From: Candidatus Kapaibacterium sp.
GTDB lineage: Bacteria > Bacteroidota > Ignavibacteria > Kapaibacteriales > UBA2268
Direction of reading: 5' to 3'
Assembly: GCA_963664875.1 (NCBI GenBank)
Contig: OY761611.1
Span: 3,008,001-3,072,000, forward strand
Length of the DNA: 64,000 nucleotides
Part shown: one piece after another, positions 8,941 through 18,170 of the stretch
Numbering within the stretch: the first letter of the stretch is position 1
How the letters are laid out: each line of letters begins with the position of its first letter
Program-made: the position numbers and the translations under genes
Notes under the pieces: model-generated
What the model saw: only the letters and a program-made list of their open reading frames with translations
What the model was told of the DNA's origin: nothing
Database searches by the model: none

Positions 8941-11900
8941 ATGACAAGCAAAATTAAAAATCCCGCGAGACATGGAAGTAAATTGTCATGGGGAAGTTTA
9001 GTATGGTTTGCTGCGGCGCTCTTCCTTTTCGCCATAGAAGGTTTCGCACAAGATTACGAACTTTCCATGAAGCCTCGCCGCTTGGGCAACCAGCTTGGGG
9101 TTGAGATTTGGATGAAATCTCTAAACTCGAATACCGCTGCCCTTGGCAACGCTTCTATCTATATCGAGTATAACAATGCAAAGTTAAAACCAGCAGATTT
9201 GGGTGCAACTAACCCATCTTCTACTTCAGACTCGATTAATGTAGATATAGATAATGATGGTACTCCATACGAATCATTGACATCTGCCTATGCGAGCGGT
9301 GACTACAAAGCACTATCAGCACAAGCAGTAACAGCTACCCAAGGTGGAGTAACAGTTAATGTATTTGGTTTGGATGTAAATTATAACATCAACGGTACGG
9401 GTGTAGGTGTAGTTCCATCTACAGACGGTCGCGGTTCATTTATCGGTATGTTACGCTTTGATATCAACTGGAACGGTCCTGATGGTAATCCAAGCACAGC
9501 TGATGATATTACATTGACAGATACAGATCTTGCAATGTTCGATTGGAACAGTGCAACATTTGCCGGCGACATTACATTGCAAGATGTAAATGGTAACAAT
9601 ATCGAACCAAATGTAACTTTGGTAACTCCTGATGATTTCACAATTCGCGGTATCGAAATCTTTACAGCAGATGGTGGAAATAATCAAGTAGTAAACAGAT
9701 ACCCAACTACAGAATATCCTGTGTTTGATACACAAAATAATTTAGGCTATCCAATTTATTTCGAACGTTCAGGTTTGACTGATGATGCTGCTGACTATGG
9801 TCATGCAGATGGTAAAATAGCCTATGTATTAGAATATTCATTGGATGGTGGTACAACTTGGACAGAAACAGCAAGATTTGCTGAAACAACACAAGGACAT
9901 GCTGCACTTACAGGAGCCGGAACAGTTGCACAATTTGCAGATGGTTTCGTTGACTATCCTGCAGCCGGTACAGACTACTATGTTACAGATGCAGATGGTA
10001 CTGTAATGGATGGTTCTGATCAGGACATCTTAAGAACAATCTGGAAAGCAGACGATAACTTCCCATACAGATCAGAAAATGCAAAAATCAGATTAACACA
10101 GTTGCAAAATACAAGCGGTGTTGCAATCGACGGACGTACTAAATTGACAGGCACAACTCAAATGAATGCAAGTGATGACACATTTGTATTAGGCAGATTG
10201 TTCTTTGCTCAATTAGATGGTTCTTCTACTTATTTCAAAACACGCTGGCCATATAGCAATGCTTCACAGCTTACTGTAATGGCTTGGGTAAACTTGAACG
10301 GTGTATCTGCGACTCCTGGAGCAGAACCTGGTATTATCGCATGCTCTGAAGGTTCAAAATCTGACGAAGAAGGTGCATGGATACTTTACTTGGAAGATGG
10401 CAACAGACCAGCTTTCCGTGCAAGAGAAAAAGAAGGTCGTGGCACTAACGGGTACTTAGGTTCAGTAGTAGCTCCTACAGTTGATGCTCTATCAACTACA
10501 AGCTCTGCAGTTCCTATCACTGATGCACATGGCGATAACTGGATGCACATTGCTGCAACAGTAGCTAATGGCGTAACTACACTTTATGTAAATGGTGAAA
10601 TCGTAGCTCAGGACATCAATACTACAGTTGTAGATCCACGTTTGGCAAACTTTAACCAGACAATCTGGGTAGGTGTTAACCCTAACGATGGCATCACTGC
10701 AACTGACTATTTGAATGCCGGTATCAAAGAAGTGAGTGTATGGCGTATAGCTTTATCTCAAGATGTTTTGAGATCTTACATTCCTGGCGTGTATGATCCA
10801 AGTGGAGAAGTACTCGGTAACGAATTGGAAGAAGCAAACGTTGATTACAGAACAGGCTTGGAACTTTACTATCCATTGCAAGGTTCACGTCTTGATTTGG
10901 CTGATGACAACATTCAGTTCTCAGACAACAACTTAAACTATTACACTGATTCAAATATCGATGCTGTTGCAACTAACAGCTCTATAAACTACAGACCTGA
11001 CCGCTCACACATCCGCTTGACAGCACCTTTGGGTGGCGAAGGCGTAAGTAATTTGATTGATAAAACATTCGAAGTACGTTGGGCAGCTTATGGTCTTGGT
11101 TCAACAACAACATTGTCAGAAGATTTGCAGATTATGATTAGCCGCGATGGTGGCACAACATGGTTTGATGCAATCGACAATGCTGCACCTGCAATGCCTT
11201 TGGATAATGTAGAGGTTGAAGCAGGTAAAGCAACATGGGAACCATATAACAATATTACAATTTCCGGTTCTGATGATGACTTACAAGGTGTAATCGATAT
11301 CGAAGCTAACTGGTCTAAATCAGTTAAACTTAGAATATCCGGTACAGATGACAGAGCTCAGAGCTCAATCTATGATGAATCAGGTAACTTTTTGGTAGCT
11401 CCTTGGTTTGCAATGCAAAACACAGGCGATTCAAAAATCGAAGTACCTTCCAACACAGAATTGAACTTGAATGCCGGTGCGCAAATGATTGAAGCATGGG
11501 TCCGTCCTTATCGCTTCCCAACTGCTGACGAAGCTTATTTCCCAATTATGGCGAAAAAAGCAGCAGATGGTTCTGAAACACACTATGCATTTAGATTATT
11601 ACAATCAGGACAATTACAATTAGTACTTGAATCTTCTACCGGCGACGCTTTGAGAACAGCTACTTCTGATGCAGCTTTACCATTGGTAAAACCATCAGTA
11701 GAAACTAAAGACTCATTGTGGTACCACGTAGCAGTATATTTCAATTTGGCAAGTGGTAGCCAGTCAAGTGTATATTTCTTTATTGATGGTACAATCCAAG
11801 ATGCAGCTGCAATTACAGAACAACTTGGTACAAACATCACTATTGATAATTTGAATACACTTCCTGCATATATTGCTTCTGAACCAACAAGTGCTACAGA

Positions 11901-14900
11901 AACTAAAAACTTTATCGGTCAGATAAAAGAAGTTAGATTCTGGAATGGTAATCCTGCAGGTTTGACTAGTTTAGCGACAATCACACAATTTGTACAAGGT
12001 GCAGCAACTGTAAGAGCAGATGAATTGATATCATTTGGTGGTATTGACTACTCAGAAAACTTAGCTGCTGCTTTCATATTGAACGGTGGAAGTTTTGTTA
12101 ATAATGGTATGGTTCGTACTGTTGCAGCTTACCCTGCTTCTTCAGGCCTTTATGCAAATATTACAGATGCAGATGGCGAAGGTGACGGTAATGTTACATA
12201 CAACTTTACTAAACCAACACTAAAACTTATTGAACCTATTTATAAACAAGCAATTCCAAACAGCAAAACCGATCTTAGAGTTCGTTGGACTGGCTTTGAC
12301 TATAACAGAAATGATATAGCTGAAAAGTTTTACCCTGGCGATGCTGTTATGAACGAATCTGACTTAGGTTTTGGTACAGTAGGTGGCGGTGGTGCTGAGA
12401 TACTTTATTACGAGCCAACTGCCTCAAAGAAAGACAATCCGACATTTACAAATGCAATGACCTTGACTGAAATTAATCCTCAGTTTGAGTTTCAGGGTTC
12501 GTTCCCTCACAAATCTCAGTATGCAGCATCATTAAATGTATCAATCACTGATCCTGATGCAAATGATGATGGTACTTCAGATGACCAAGGACCTATGGGC
12601 GCAGCTATGACAAACGGACGTTTGAAATTATCTGGTCGCTCTAATGTCAATGGCTATGTAGTAAAATGGGATAACGATGCTGATGGTATGATGCACTCTC
12701 TATTTGCAGAGTCTCAATACTTCAATATTACTCCTCCTTCTAACTTTACTGTAAGAGTAATTCCTGAAGGGTATTATACTCCTAATACAGTTGCAGCCGG
12801 AGATGGTGCAATTGATGTAACAGGTAGTACTAATAATGATTTAGGTACTACTTATGATCAAGGTGGTTTGAAAATTTCACTTTATAGTGATAATGCAGGC
12901 ACTCCGGGTACATTAGTGGCTACAAATGTATCGACAGAAGGTTACTTGAATGCAACTTCGTTCTCTTTAGCGAATAGAAATCAAGGTACTAATGATTTTG
13001 CAAACGTACCTTACGTATTTACTGATATCGAAGATGGTGACTATTGGGTAGTCGTTGAACATATCAATCACTTACCTGTAATGTCAAGGTACCCTGCACA
13101 TTTCAAATTCTCAGGCGACGATGGAGATACTTGGACTCTTGAATCAGGTTGGGATTTTACAAGTTGGACTGGTGGTAATACTACTGCCGATGTAATGACT
13201 CCAGCAGAAGCGGCAACAGATCCAACTACTTTTGGCTCTAAATACTCTGCTTACGGCAATAATGAGACGACTGAAAGTAATGAAAAATATTCTAATACAG
13301 GTTTACACTATAAACGTGGTAGAATATTGGATGCTAATATTGATGATAAGATTCCTTTGATTGTTGCCGGTGATGTCGTGAAGGACTACCAAATCAATGG
13401 TCTTGACAGAACTGCAATAAGAACTCAAACGATGAATGCAGCTACTACAGCACAATACGATGTAACCGGTGACGGTCAGAATAATGCTGAAGATCGTACT
13501 TTAGTTGATATCAATAACGGTAAAGTGTCATCTTTGACAGATGTTTCTACAATTAGTCTTACAGCTCCAAAAATTAACTTAGGAGATGTAATTGATAATG
13601 ACATGGTTGCATATTTGGATAAAGCTGCAAAAGAATACAATCCTGACAAGATATCAAAACAGATTTCTAAAACTGATTTGATTTTATCTGGGTTAGCATA
13701 TACTGTGTTTGCAGAAACATCAATAAACAACGATATGGTAGAAGTTTCTATGTTCATTGAAAACAATGGTGGTCAATGGGCAATGGGTAATGCTTCGTTT
13801 GTTCTTGATTATAATCAGGTTAATCTACAGTTTGTAGAACTTGTAAATAATGAAGAAGTTATTTTTGCAAACAGACAAGACTTGGGTTATTCTTCTAACT
13901 ATGCGGCTCCTCAGCCAAATGTTAAAAACCCTATGGCAGGTGTAAAATCAATCGAAATCGATTATGATGCTTATACTCGCAAAGCAGGTCAAATTGTTCC
14001 TAATTCTAAAACATATCTTGGTACTTTGAAATTTAAAGTTATCAAAGCTACTGATGTTTATGCTTTTGATTGGCATCCTGCAACTGCTGTCTTAGCTACA
14101 AACGGTTTAAACATGAATAAATACGGTGACTTCCGTGTGATTAAACCAGTAATCGTACAAAGAGATGCGGCTATCTTAACTCCTAACGGTGGTGAAGATT
14201 GGGATGCAGGTGCTCTTTACACTATCACTTGGACAAAACCTAACACTAACAGCCAGGTTAACGTAGAATACACTACTGATAACGGTAACACTTGGAATAG
14301 AATTTCAGCTGCTGCTCTTGACGTAGTTTCAGGTTCTTATAACTGGAAAACTCCTGCTGTTAACTCTGACGAATGCTTAGTTAGATTGGTAGATGCTAAA
14401 ACTTCTATTGAAATTGACAGAAGTGATGCTCCGTTCTCTATTATCTCTGCTCCTGCAGAAATCGTTCGCCCAACTTCTACAGATCCTATCTACAGAGGTG
14501 GTGCTAATGACTTCATTCGCTGGTCAGTAAACGAACCGAGCAAAGTACGTTTCGAATTCTCTTCTAATGGTGTAGATAGCTGGCAGTCTGTTTCTGCAAC
14601 TGTTAACTCTACTCTTGGTCAAGTAGAATGGATCGTTCCTTCAGTTAACTCTAAACAAGCTGTTGTTAGAATGATTGAAACTGAAACTAGCGAAGTATTA
14701 GCTGTCTCTAAACCATTTAAAGTATTGGCTGGTGCTGTTACTTTGGCTAACCCTACAGGCGTTAAAGAAAACAAACCAACTGATGTTAAATGGTCTGCTG
14801 ACAACGTAAGTAAGTTCGACTTACAACTTTCTATCGATGGTGGTAAAACTTGGGGCGTAGTTGCTACTAATGTTGCTGCTTTGAAAAAAGTTTACACTTG

Positions 14901-15303
14901 GACTCCTAACTTGTCAACTGATAACAAACCAACAGCTGTATTACGTGCAGTTTACAACAATGATAATGAACTTGAATATGACAGAACTGACTTGTTTGCT
15001 ATCGAAGCTAATACATCTGTAGCCGGTTTCGAAGCTCAAGGTTACTTGTTCAATCAACCTATGCCAAATCCGTTTAGAGAAGAAGCAAAACTTACATTTA
15101 CTCTTCCTGCTACAGAATCAGTTACAATGACTGTTTACAATGCAGTAGGTAATAAAGTTGCTACTCTTATCAATGGTGATTTGATCTCTGCTGGTGACCA
15201 TGAAGTAACATTGTCCGGTCATGACTTACCTCAAGGTGTATATGTTGTACGCTTGACAGCTGGTTCATTCTCAATGCTTAGAGAAGTTGTATTAGTAAAA
15301 TAG
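8941..15303 (+). CDS. Giant T9SS substrate: cohesin-like, 2x LamG, dockerin-like, cohesin-like, Ig-like repeats, type A CTD
   Basis: 2120 aa. Signal peptide ends GFA-Q. LamG motifs: LTVMAWVN...WMHIAAT...LYVNG and IEAWVRP...WYHVAV. Paired Ca-loop motifs: GDVVKDYQINGLD / YDVTGDGQNNAED. TPNGGE Ig-like units. C-terminal PNPF...VYNAVGNKVA...LPQGVYVVRL. Own RBS aagga. Confidence 0.9.
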   Translation: MTSKIKNPARHGSKLSWGSLVWFAAALFLFAIEGFAQDYELSMKPRRLGNQLGVEIWMKSLNSNTAALGNASIYIEYNNAKLKPADLGATNPSSTSDSINVDIDNDGTPYESLTSAYASGDYKALSAQAVTATQGGVTVNVFGLDVNYNINGTGVGVVPSTDGRGSFIGMLRFDINWNGPDGNPSTADDITLTDTDLAMFDWNSATFAGDITLQDVNGNNIEPNVTLVTPDDFTIRGIEIFTADGGNNQVVNRYPTTEYPVFDTQNNLGYPIYFERSGLTDDAADYGHADGKIAYVLEYSLDGGTTWTETARFAETTQGHAALTGAGTVAQFADGFVDYPAAGTDYYVTDADGTVMDGSDQDILRTIWKADDNFPYRSENAKIRLTQLQNTSGVAIDGRTKLTGTTQMNASDDTFVLGRLFFAQLDGSSTYFKTRWPYSNASQLTVMAWVNLNGVSATPGAEPGIIACSEGSKSDEEGAWILYLEDGNRPAFRAREKEGRGTNGYLGSVVAPTVDALSTTSSAVPITDAHGDNWMHIAATVANGVTTLYVNGEIVAQDINTTVVDPRLANFNQTIWVGVNPNDGITATDYLNAGIKEVSVWRIALSQDVLRSYIPGVYDPSGEVLGNELEEANVDYRTGLELYYPLQGSRLDLADDNIQFSDNNLNYYTDSNIDAVATNSSINYRPDRSHIRLTAPLGGEGVSNLIDKTFEVRWAAYGLGSTTTLSEDLQIMISRDGGTTWFDAIDNAAPAMPLDNVEVEAGKATWEPYNNITISGSDDDLQGVIDIEANWSKSVKLRISGTDDRAQSSIYDESGNFLVAPWFAMQNTGDSKIEVPSNTELNLNAGAQMIEAWVRPYRFPTADEAYFPIMAKKAADGSETHYAFRLLQSGQLQLVLESSTGDALRTATSDAALPLVKPSVETKDSLWYHVAVYFNLASGSQSSVYFFIDGTIQDAAAITEQLGTNITIDNLNTLPAYIASEPTSATETKNFIGQIKEVRFWNGNPAGLTSLATITQFVQGAATVRADELISFGGIDYSENLAAAFILNGGSFVNNGMVRTVAAYPASSGLYANITDADGEGDGNVTYNFTKPTLKLIEPIYKQAIPNSKTDLRVRWTGFDYNRNDIAEKFYPGDAVMNESDLGFGTVGGGGAEILYYEPTASKKDNPTFTNAMTLTEINPQFEFQGSFPHKSQYAASLNVSITDPDANDDGTSDDQGPMGAAMTNGRLKLSGRSNVNGYVVKWDNDADGMMHSLFAESQYFNITPPSNFTVRVIPEGYYTPNTVAAGDGAIDVTGSTNNDLGTTYDQGGLKISLYSDNAGTPGTLVATNVSTEGYLNATSFSLANRNQGTNDFANVPYVFTDIEDGDYWVVVEHINHLPVMSRYPAHFKFSGDDGDTWTLESGWDFTSWTGGNTTADVMTPAEAATDPTTFGSKYSAYGNNETTESNEKYSNTGLHYKRGRILDANIDDKIPLIVAGDVVKDYQINGLDRTAIRTQTMNAATTAQYDVTGDGQNNAEDRTLVDINNGKVSSLTDVSTISLTAPKINLGDVIDNDMVAYLDKAAKEYNPDKISKQISKTDLILSGLAYTVFAETSINNDMVEVSMFIENNGGQWAMGNASFVLDYNQVNLQFVELVNNEEVIFANRQDLGYSSNYAAPQPNVKNPMAGVKSIEIDYDAYTRKAGQIVPNSKTYLGTLKFKVIKATDVYAFDWHPATAVLATNGLNMNKYGDFRVIKPVIVQRDAAILTPNGGEDWDAGALYTITWTKPNTNSQVNVEYTTDNGNTWNRISAAALDVVSGSYNWKTPAVNSDECLVRLVDAKTSIEIDRSDAPFSIISAPAEIVRPTSTDPIYRGGANDFIRWSVNEPSKVRFEFSSNGVDSWQSVSATVNSTLGQVEWIVPSVNSKQAVVRMIETETSEVLAVSKPFKVLAGAVTLANPTGVKENKPTDVKWSADNVSKFDLQLSIDGGKTWGVVATNVAALKKVYTWTPNLSTDNKPTAVLRAVYNNDNELEYDRTDLFAIEANTSVAGFEAQGYLFNQPMPNPFREEAKLTFTLPATESVTMTVYNAVGNKVATLINGDLISAGDHEVTLSGHDLPQGVYVVRLTAGSFSMLREVVLVK

Positions 15304-15330
15304 TATGACATGACATATATCTTTATTAAA

Positions 15331-15364
15331 AAAAGCTGCCTCCGCAAGGGGGCGGCTTTTTTTT
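15331..15364 (+). terminator. Strong intrinsic terminator of the giant-protein operon
   Basis: aaaagctgcctcc-gcaa-gggggcggctttt followed by more Ts. Confidence 0.9.
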
Positions 15365-15538
15365 AGAGCCATACGTAATGAAAGATATACTGTACAAAAG
15401 AAGTAGAAAGAAAAGAATGGATGTGATAAAATTGTCTCTTCCACATTCTGCCTCTGCCTTAATCATGTAACTAATTGCTTTTTTATATTCGTGTTCTTTA
15501 GGTATTTTTGCTTTCTTTGAATTCTAAAATGGGAATAT

Positions 15539-16435
15539 ATGGAAAAGCAATCTATAGAGTCTTTTATTATACTTTTTGTCCTAAGTCTAATCTGGGGGAG
15601 CTCATTTATTCTTATGAAGCTCGGCTTGCAAAGTTTCGCTCCTGAGCAGGTGGGTGCATTGCGTATATTGTTTTCAGCCTTTGTATTTCTTCCTGTATTT
15701 ATACGCAATCTTAAGAAATATAGTTTTAAAGAATATAGGGTACTATTTGTTTATGGAGCCTTAGGTGTTGGTTTCCCGCCTTTTTTATATACATTTGCTC
15801 AAACGCATATTGATAGTTCAACTGCAGGGATTTTAAACTCCTTAGTTCCTCTGTGGACTCTTATAACAGGGATATTTGCTTTCTCTCAAAAGTTTGAAAT
15901 AAAGAAAATGCTTGGTGTTTCTATTGGACTTGCAGGTGCTTTAATACTGACATTTGCCAGAGCCGGGGAAAACGGTTTAGCATTCGATTTTTCTAATGCC
16001 TGGGGACTTTTGGTTGTAGTGGCTACGCTCTGTTACGGATTGGCGGACAATCTACTTAAAGCAAAACTACAAGACTATAGGAGTGCGGAGTTGGCAGCGT
16101 TTGCATTTGGCTTGATGAGTGTTCCTGCTTTAATAATTTTACTCTCTACAGATTTGAGTAGTATTGATATTGGGGCTGCTGAGGTTCAGAAATCTTTAAT
16201 TGCAATTCTGATCCTTTCTATAGTTGGCTCTGCTTTGGCTCAATATCTGTTTGCAAAATTGATACAAAAATCTAATCCTTTATTTGCGTCGTTTGTTACT
16301 TACCTGATACCGATTATTGCTTTGATGTGGGGTGCTATTGATGGTGAAAGTATAGGGATATTGCACTTTGTTGGGTTGATAGTAATATTATCATCTATAT
16401 ATTTTATTAATTCAAAAAATACAGCAGGGCATTAG
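15539..16435 (+). CDS. DMT/EamA family transporter
   Basis: LIWGSSF motif, ~10 TM helices, two EamA halves. Confidence 0.9.
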   Translation: MEKQSIESFIILFVLSLIWGSSFILMKLGLQSFAPEQVGALRILFSAFVFLPVFIRNLKKYSFKEYRVLFVYGALGVGFPPFLYTFAQTHIDSSTAGILNSLVPLWTLITGIFAFSQKFEIKKMLGVSIGLAGALILTFARAGENGLAFDFSNAWGLLVVVATLCYGLADNLLKAKLQDYRSAELAAFAFGLMSVPALIILLSTDLSSIDIGAAEVQKSLIAILILSIVGSALAQYLFAKLIQKSNPLFASFVTYLIPIIALMWGAIDGESIGILHFVGLIVILSSIYFINSKNTAGH

Positions 16436-16516
16436 TGAACTTTTTTATCAGGTGCTGAATTTGTTTAGTTGCTACAAAAAATTAGAACGCTAATAACAGA
16501 TTTGGAAAATATATAT

Positions 16517-16560
16517 AAAAAAAGCAGAGACTATACATATAGTTGTAGCTCTGCTTTTTT
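16517..16560. terminator. Bidirectional terminator
   Basis: aaaaaagcagag...ctctgctttttt between convergent genes. Confidence 0.8.
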
Positions 16561-16580
16561 GTTTGAAAGATTGTGTCTTG

Positions 16581-17033
16581 TTACTTGGGATATTTCCCAA
16601 AGAGCTTGTTGATTCCTCTATGGAATCTATGCACTCCTGAGACAGGCTCTAAATACATCAGAATACATTCTTTGCATATAATGTTTTTTTCTGAATTAGC
16701 TGACTTTTGAATAATATTATCAGTCTCTGATGACTGCTGAATCCAAATATTATCGAAGTTACCTTCTTTAGCAGCTTCAAAGAGCTCTTCAGACTTTTGT
16801 TTGCCGGTTACAATAATTATGCTTTTACAAGATTTAGGCAAATCCTGCAAATTATGATAACATTGTTGTCCTTCAAATTCTTCCATGTGAGGATTGATAG
16901 GGATTACATTCTTACCTTGCTTTTTCAGCTCTTTAAATATAATGCTACCAAATTTTTTGTCATCTCTTGAGACTCCGGCAACAGCGATGCTTTCAGATTC
17001 TAAGAACTTTTTTATAGACGAAAGATTCACCAT
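16581..17033 (-). CDS. CoA-binding protein (YccU-like)
   Basis: Motifs IAVAGVSRDDKKFG, VIPINP, IWIQQ, ECILMY. Confidence 0.9.
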   Translation of the reverse strand: MVNLSSIKKFLESESIAVAGVSRDDKKFGSIIFKELKKQGKNVIPINPHMEEFEGQQCYHNLQDLPKSCKSIIIVTGKQKSEELFEAAKEGNFDNIWIQQSSETDNIIQKSANSEKNIICKECILMYLEPVSGVHRFHRGINKLFGKYPK

Positions 17034-17061
17034 GAGCTTCGCTCCTTTAAGTCAGTTATAA

Positions 17062-17808
17062 CTAAAATCGGAATGACACACCCATTCTAAAAGCAAGTAT
17101 ATCTGTTTTGGACTTAGCCGTTTCGTAAATAGATTGACCATTTTCTATGTCTTTAGAATTTGGAACTATATAATCGGCTGTGCCACCAAAAAGGTATTCA
17201 ACATTCAAGTCTATTAGGAATTCCCAATACCTTCTGACAGGTTCATCTGTGATACCTCTATATACATTAAAAGCAATGCCGCCACCAAATCCGTAATTAT
17301 AAGTCCAGTCGGATTTATCGTTAGAAGATGCTATATCGTCATATTCATCGTTTTTATTAATATCTTCTACCGTGGTTGTTGTCGATAGATTGTTGAAACC
17401 TGCCATAGCTTCTATGTATGGTCGGATTGGGCCAAATTCAGGCATCACTCTAACTGCCAAATCCATATTGTACATTTTATAGTCGGTAGTTACATCTACT
17501 TTCACATCAGGGATAGTCATGCTCCAAGGTCTTTGTTCCGTTGTAGAAGCAAAGTTCATCCACCCAAATTTTAATCCAAGATGGATAGGGGAGTTTTCGA
17601 TATTATAGAATAGATTTAGTCCGATACCCAATCCTGTCTTATTGTTATGGTCTTCAAAGTCCTTTTGAGGCAAGCCTGCGAGGAAGCTGGCATTAAAGGA
17701 AATTGGGTAGTATTGACTTGTGTCTTTTGTTGTGGCTGTTTCTTTTTGTGAAAAAAGCTGCAAAGTGCCCAAAACTAAAAGAGCTAATAAAATGAGTAGA
17801 TTTTTCAT
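17062..17808 (-). CDS. Outer-membrane beta-barrel protein
   Basis: Start reassigned to ATG 17808 (aagga RBS, signal peptide ending LFS-Q). Amphipathic strands and C-terminal GVSFRF beta-signal. Confidence 0.85.
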   Translation of the reverse strand: MKNLLILLALLVLGTLQLFSQKETATTKDTSQYYPISFNASFLAGLPQKDFEDHNNKTGLGIGLNLFYNIENSPIHLGLKFGWMNFASTTEQRPWSMTIPDVKVDVTTDYKMYNMDLAVRVMPEFGPIRPYIEAMAGFNNLSTTTTVEDINKNDEYDDIASSNDKSDWTYNYGFGGGIAFNVYRGITDEPVRRYWEFLIDLNVEYLFGGTADYIVPNSKDIENGQSIYETAKSKTDILAFRMGVSFRF

Positions 17809-17952
17809 ATAGATTCCTTGAGTATAGAAAACAATACAGATACGGGAAAAAGTTAGGCATGTTACAAAAAATATCAAAATCTGTTCGATAAAAGTTTTTT
17901 GCTTGCTCTAATGCAAATTTTATTATTATTGTATATTGCTTGATTTAATAAA

Positions 17953-18083
17953 CGGAGTGAGCTATTGTATCGTGTACCAACATTCTGCAAGTCAATCTGC
18001 TAAGTTTGTGGTGCGAATAAGCCTCTCAGATTGGATTGTTAAGTTTTTGGTACGCTTATTGTACAGATACTAAAAACTCACCG
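17953..18083 (+). ncRNA. Candidate structured RNA (long interrupted hairpin), family unknown
   Basis: Nested pairings: cgg-gtgag/ctcac-cg, gtatc/gatac, gtgtaccaa/ttggtacgc, caatctg/cagattg, gtttgt/ataagc. G-U pairs favour the + strand. Confidence 0.5.
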
Positions 18084-18170
18084 CCATACGTCCCTGCGTT
18101 TGTGAAATGGGATATGTACGGAGATAAGACTTAGATTTGAAAAAAATATCGCTTCAGGAGCGGAATAAAT

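Noticed and set aside
8880-8960. The two giant ORFs as one gene broken by a frameshift or stop
   Set aside because: There is a clean TAA and a 46-nt spacer, and the second gene has its own aagga RBS and signal peptide.
5135-14804. Numerous 60-100 aa antisense ORFs within the giant genes (and within other long CDSs)
   Set aside because: Expected shadows of biased codon usage, with no recognisable motifs.
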